Positions 57,727 through 60,742 of a stretch of 60,742 nucleotides of DNA are shown piece by piece. The position numbers and the translations under genes were made by a program. The DNA lies in IMG/VR virus record IMGVR_UViG_3300010998_000812. One strand, given 5' to 3'. This stretch comes from an uncultured virus (IMG/VR IMGVR_UViG_3300010998_000812) (lineage: Duplodnaviria > Heunggongvirae > Uroviricota > Caudoviricetes). Within the stretch, counting starts at the first letter, position 1. Every line of letters starts with the position of its first letter. Under the pieces are notes generated by a model. That model had not been told where the DNA came from. It saw nothing but the letters and a program-made list of their open reading frames with translations, and did not search any database.

Positions 57727-57808
57727 GAAAGACATACAAAATGGTGATATCTTTTTATTTTTACAAGGTCAACAATCATACTAATTTAAGGCAGAAAATG
57801 AGGTTATT

Positions 57809-58552
57809 ATGAAGTTGCGCATCTTATCTATGAATATAGGGAACCCTTCGCTTGAAAGGGCTCAGAGGCAGTACGAATGGTTAAAAGGGAATGATTATGA
57901 TGTTCTTGTGTTAACCGAAACAAGAAATAGTGCCGGATGTTCCTATATCGAGCAACAGTTCGTCGATGACGGCATGAATGTATTCTTTCCTAAATCTCAA
58001 TCAAAAGAACTCGGTGTAATGCTGGCGAGTAAGTACGCCCTTGAGAATAGGAAAGGCATATTTGATGAAGGCAATCCTTTGTACACACGCTACGCAGAAG
58101 CGAAGATACAGGCAGGCGGCAGAAAAATATGTCTTATAGGCTTATATGTGCCTTCCAGAGATAGGTCTGAAGCCAAAATCAACAGGAAGAGGACATTTAT
58201 AGATGCAGTCACAGAAAAGTTTGTTCATAATCACAACGGTGACTATATAATAACCGGAGACCTCAATATACTGGATAGGAAGCATGAACCACATTATAAT
58301 ACATTTTATAAATGGGAGTATGATTTTTACGATGATATATTGAGCAGTGGCTTTACTGATGCGTTCCGCTGTATAAATGGAGGTAAACAGGACTATAGCT
58401 GGGTAGGAAGAACAGGAGACGGATATAGGTACGATTACTGCTTTGTCTCTGATCAGCTGAAGCCTTCGTTGAGAGTGTGTAAGTTCATACATAAAACCCG
58501 CGAATTGAAGCTCACCGATCATTCTGCCATTGAAACAATAATTGAACTTTAA
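57809..58552 (+). CDS. Exonuclease III / EEP-family nuclease
   Basis: SMNI, LTET, YVP, GDLN, D.FR, RYDY, TDH motifs; CATACTA at 57777. Confidence 0.9.
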   Translation: MKLRILSMNIGNPSLERAQRQYEWLKGNDYDVLVLTETRNSAGCSYIEQQFVDDGMNVFFPKSQSKELGVMLASKYALENRKGIFDEGNPLYTRYAEAKIQAGGRKICLIGLYVPSRDRSEAKINRKRTFIDAVTEKFVHNHNGDYIITGDLNILDRKHEPHYNTFYKWEYDFYDDILSSGFTDAFRCINGGKQDYSWVGRTGDGYRYDYCFVSDQLKPSLRVCKFIHKTRELKLTDHSAIETIIEL

Positions 58553-58573
58553 AAGCAAGGAGGCGGCTGTACG

Positions 58574-58753
58574 ATGGAAATGTGCAAGCTGTGTGGGAAA
58601 CATCCCGAAAAAGAAGAACGTATAGACGAGGGGGATATATGGTTTTATATGTATTACTGTGAAACCCTCGACAAATACTACACATCGCCGGAGCAAACGG
58701 AAAGGGAAATACAGGAGAAGTTAAGACAATCCGGTATGCTTACGGCAAAGTAG
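58574..58753 (+). CDS. Small Zn-binding-like protein (59 aa, not in track)
   Basis: AGGAGG RBS; MEMCKLCGKHP...YYC. Confidence 0.6.
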   Translation: MEMCKLCGKHPEKEERIDEGDIWFYMYYCETLDKYYTSPEQTEREIQEKLRQSGMLTAK

Positions 58754-58781
58754 AGAAAGAACTACCAAAAAAGAGGTATAT

Positions 58782-59747
58782 ATGGAAATACATAAAGCAG
58801 GAATAGTTGCCAAAATAGAGGCAAAGGATGTAGTAAACGGAAAGCTAATGTTCCCTGATGGAGTAATCGGAGTGCAAGCAAATGTTCAAGAACTGATATC
58901 TAAACGCTTAGACGTGACATATATAGATTTCAACAACGTAGAATGGTTCGGTCATCTTGAGCATAGCATCAATTGGGCGGACAATCACGGGACTGAGATA
59001 GAAAGCCGCCTTAGCAATGTTTTCCCCAATATTATTTGCATTAATGCTCCAAAGCTTCAAAGCATACACGCGCATTTTCTTGAGAACGCAAGGCATCTTG
59101 AAACAATAAATCTTAGCAGTGTTCAATCCATTGAAGAAAAGGCGTTTCAGAATTGCAGCTTGCTCGAAGAGATAGTTATGCCGAATGTCAAGAAAATACA
59201 AGCTCAAGCATTTGCATATTGCTCAAGCCTCGTTAAGGTGAAAGGATTGACATATGCGGGGCATGACCCGTCAGCGATAGAATATATAGGTCTTCGGGCA
59301 TTCAAAGGGACCGGCATTAAGGAAATGCACCTTTGCGGAAACGTGAAAGTAGAGCAAGGTGCATTTGAAGAAACAAACATTGAAAGTGTGTATATCGAAA
59401 ATTCAGTGGATGTAAGTACTCAAGCTTTCCTGAAATGCAATAAAATAGCCTTCATATATGCGGCTGGCAGCAAATCCGCACGTTTTTGGATAGACGACGC
59501 TCATCTATATACGCTGCAAGGCAAAAAGCCGAGCGATGACAAGAAGATGATATGTACCAGCCGCACAATGGCTGTAAAATGCTTCAGGGCGGCTTGCAGT
59601 TATATACAGGAAAGCAGAATAGATAATGACAGAGATTTGTACATACTTGAAGACTTCGATAGGTATGTACTGGTAAACCATAAGGATACAGTAGCGGTGC
59701 TGCTTAACAGCAGGGAAGAACTTGAGGATGCATTGAAGGTCTTTTGA
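58782..59747 (+). CDS. BspA-type leucine-rich repeat protein
   Basis: AF.NC..L..I and IG..AF..T repeats. Confidence 0.85.
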   Translation: MEIHKAGIVAKIEAKDVVNGKLMFPDGVIGVQANVQELISKRLDVTYIDFNNVEWFGHLEHSINWADNHGTEIESRLSNVFPNIICINAPKLQSIHAHFLENARHLETINLSSVQSIEEKAFQNCSLLEEIVMPNVKKIQAQAFAYCSSLVKVKGLTYAGHDPSAIEYIGLRAFKGTGIKEMHLCGNVKVEQGAFEETNIESVYIENSVDVSTQAFLKCNKIAFIYAAGSKSARFWIDDAHLYTLQGKKPSDDKKMICTSRTMAVKCFRAACSYIQESRIDNDRDLYILEDFDRYVLVNHKDTVAVLLNSREELEDALKVF

Positions 59748-59763
59748 AAAGGGAGCTGAGTAA

Positions 59764-60741
59764 ATGATAATCGAAAACGGTGTTGTAAGAAAGATAGGAC
59801 CGGCAGATATACCTGAAAACGGCGAGCTTACATTCCCGGACGGAGCCAGAAAAATCAAGGCAGATGTAATGAAGCTCTCTGAGCAAGATAAACAAAGGGT
59901 TATAAGTATAGACTTTAATAAGGTAAAAGAGATTGACTCCTTCAAAACAGGGAAAACTGCCAATAAATCAGGATATATTTTTTGCAAGGCTATAGGAATG
60001 GTGTTCCCTAACGTAAAATTCATTGAAGCTCCATGTTTGAAAGCTGTTAGCAACGGTGGCTTTAGCCGCATGAACATGCTTAAACAGGTAAATATAGAGC
60101 AGGCGACAGTTATTGGTAAAAATGCATTTTTAAGATGCGGATGTTTAACGGAAGTACGATTAGAGAACGTGGAGGTCATAGGAGAGTATGCATTTTCCGG
60201 CTGTCACTCTCTTGTAAACATAGCTGGTCTCATGCCCAGCTCGGCACCTTACGCATCTAATCTGAAAATTATTCAATCTGACGCCTTTGCTCATACCGGG
60301 ATAGAGAAAATGATTATCCCTATAAATACACAAGTTAAGAGAAACGCATTTGCAAACTCAAACTTGAAAGAGATTTACATCTGTAATCCGGAGAATTTGG
60401 AGGAATTATCGTTTTATGGATGCAATCGGCTTGAAAGCATTCATATTAAGGGATTAGATAGGTCTTCAGAAACCATAAAACTCCCTTGGGTAAAAGATGG
60501 ATACAGATATCGGGTATATGGGAGGGATGGGTTTACTCAAAATATTGTATGCACCAGCTCTGAGATTGATGGGAACACTAATTATAGAGGAGTAAGCTAC
60601 GCACAGTCAATCAAGATAGACCCGTCGCATACATTATATATCCATGATGCGAACGAAAGCGTTTTGGTGAGTACAATAACGTCAAGCTCTGTAACTGTTC
60701 ACGGACTGGAGGAGCTTGAATATGCCTTAAATACGTTGTGA
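59764..60741 (+). CDS. BspA-type leucine-rich repeat protein, paralog of the upstream gene
   Basis: Shared G.V.KI...D...G.L.FPDG and IDFN.V N-terminus; LRR repeats. Confidence 0.85.
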   Translation: MIIENGVVRKIGPADIPENGELTFPDGARKIKADVMKLSEQDKQRVISIDFNKVKEIDSFKTGKTANKSGYIFCKAIGMVFPNVKFIEAPCLKAVSNGGFSRMNMLKQVNIEQATVIGKNAFLRCGCLTEVRLENVEVIGEYAFSGCHSLVNIAGLMPSSAPYASNLKIIQSDAFAHTGIEKMIIPINTQVKRNAFANSNLKEIYICNPENLEELSFYGCNRLESIHIKGLDRSSETIKLPWVKDGYRYRVYGRDGFTQNIVCTSSEIDGNTNYRGVSYAQSIKIDPSHTLYIHDANESVLVSTITSSSVTVHGLEELEYALNTL

Positions 60742-60742
60742 A

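Noticed and set aside
710..60179. Most minus-strand and nested alternative-frame ORFs in the track
   Set aside because: Shadow ORFs of well-supported + strand genes, with no RBS or promoter support
56863..60741. Diversity-generating retroelement acting on the LRR genes
   Set aside because: No reverse transcriptase and no TR/VR pair with adenine-specific mismatches seen
1..60742. Alternative genetic code (stop-codon reassignment)
   Set aside because: Coding density is high under the standard code, TAA, TGA and TAG all end genes, and no suppressor tRNA was found

Overview
This 60.7 kb window is gene-dense and almost entirely + strand. It is most consistent with the accessory arm of a jumbo phage or other very large extrachromosomal element of a spore-forming Clostridia-type (Ruminococcus-like) host. 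No capsid, terminase, replication or conjugation genes are visible, so the element type is inferred. It holds about 90 mostly short hypothetical CDSs, many in paralogous families. Recognisable genes include FtsH, two orphan DNA methyltransferases, an MjaI-like nuclease, dUTPase, a divergent ThyX-like protein, AIM24, a formate/nitrite transporter, a VWA/substrate-binding protein, a sugar-binding lipoprotein, an ExoIII-like nuclease, three BspA-type LRR proteins and a tRNA cluster. The most striking signal is non-coding. (1) Seven dispersed copies of a ~110-nt four-stem RNA with clear covariation and a conserved AUAGUAUUCC loop, which I cannot assign to a known family. (2) About 25 copies of a sporulation-sigma-like promoter (T-tract/GTTTT-N14-CATACTA), usually fused to the preceding terminator. 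(3) One promoter subclass with a TGTGTACGA box at fixed spacing, and another with a conserved SD/minigene leader. (4) A perfect sigma-A promoter driving a short ORF-less RNA. (5) Unusual tRNAs and tRNA-like RNAs. All protein family calls are from motif recognition by eye; no database searches were run.
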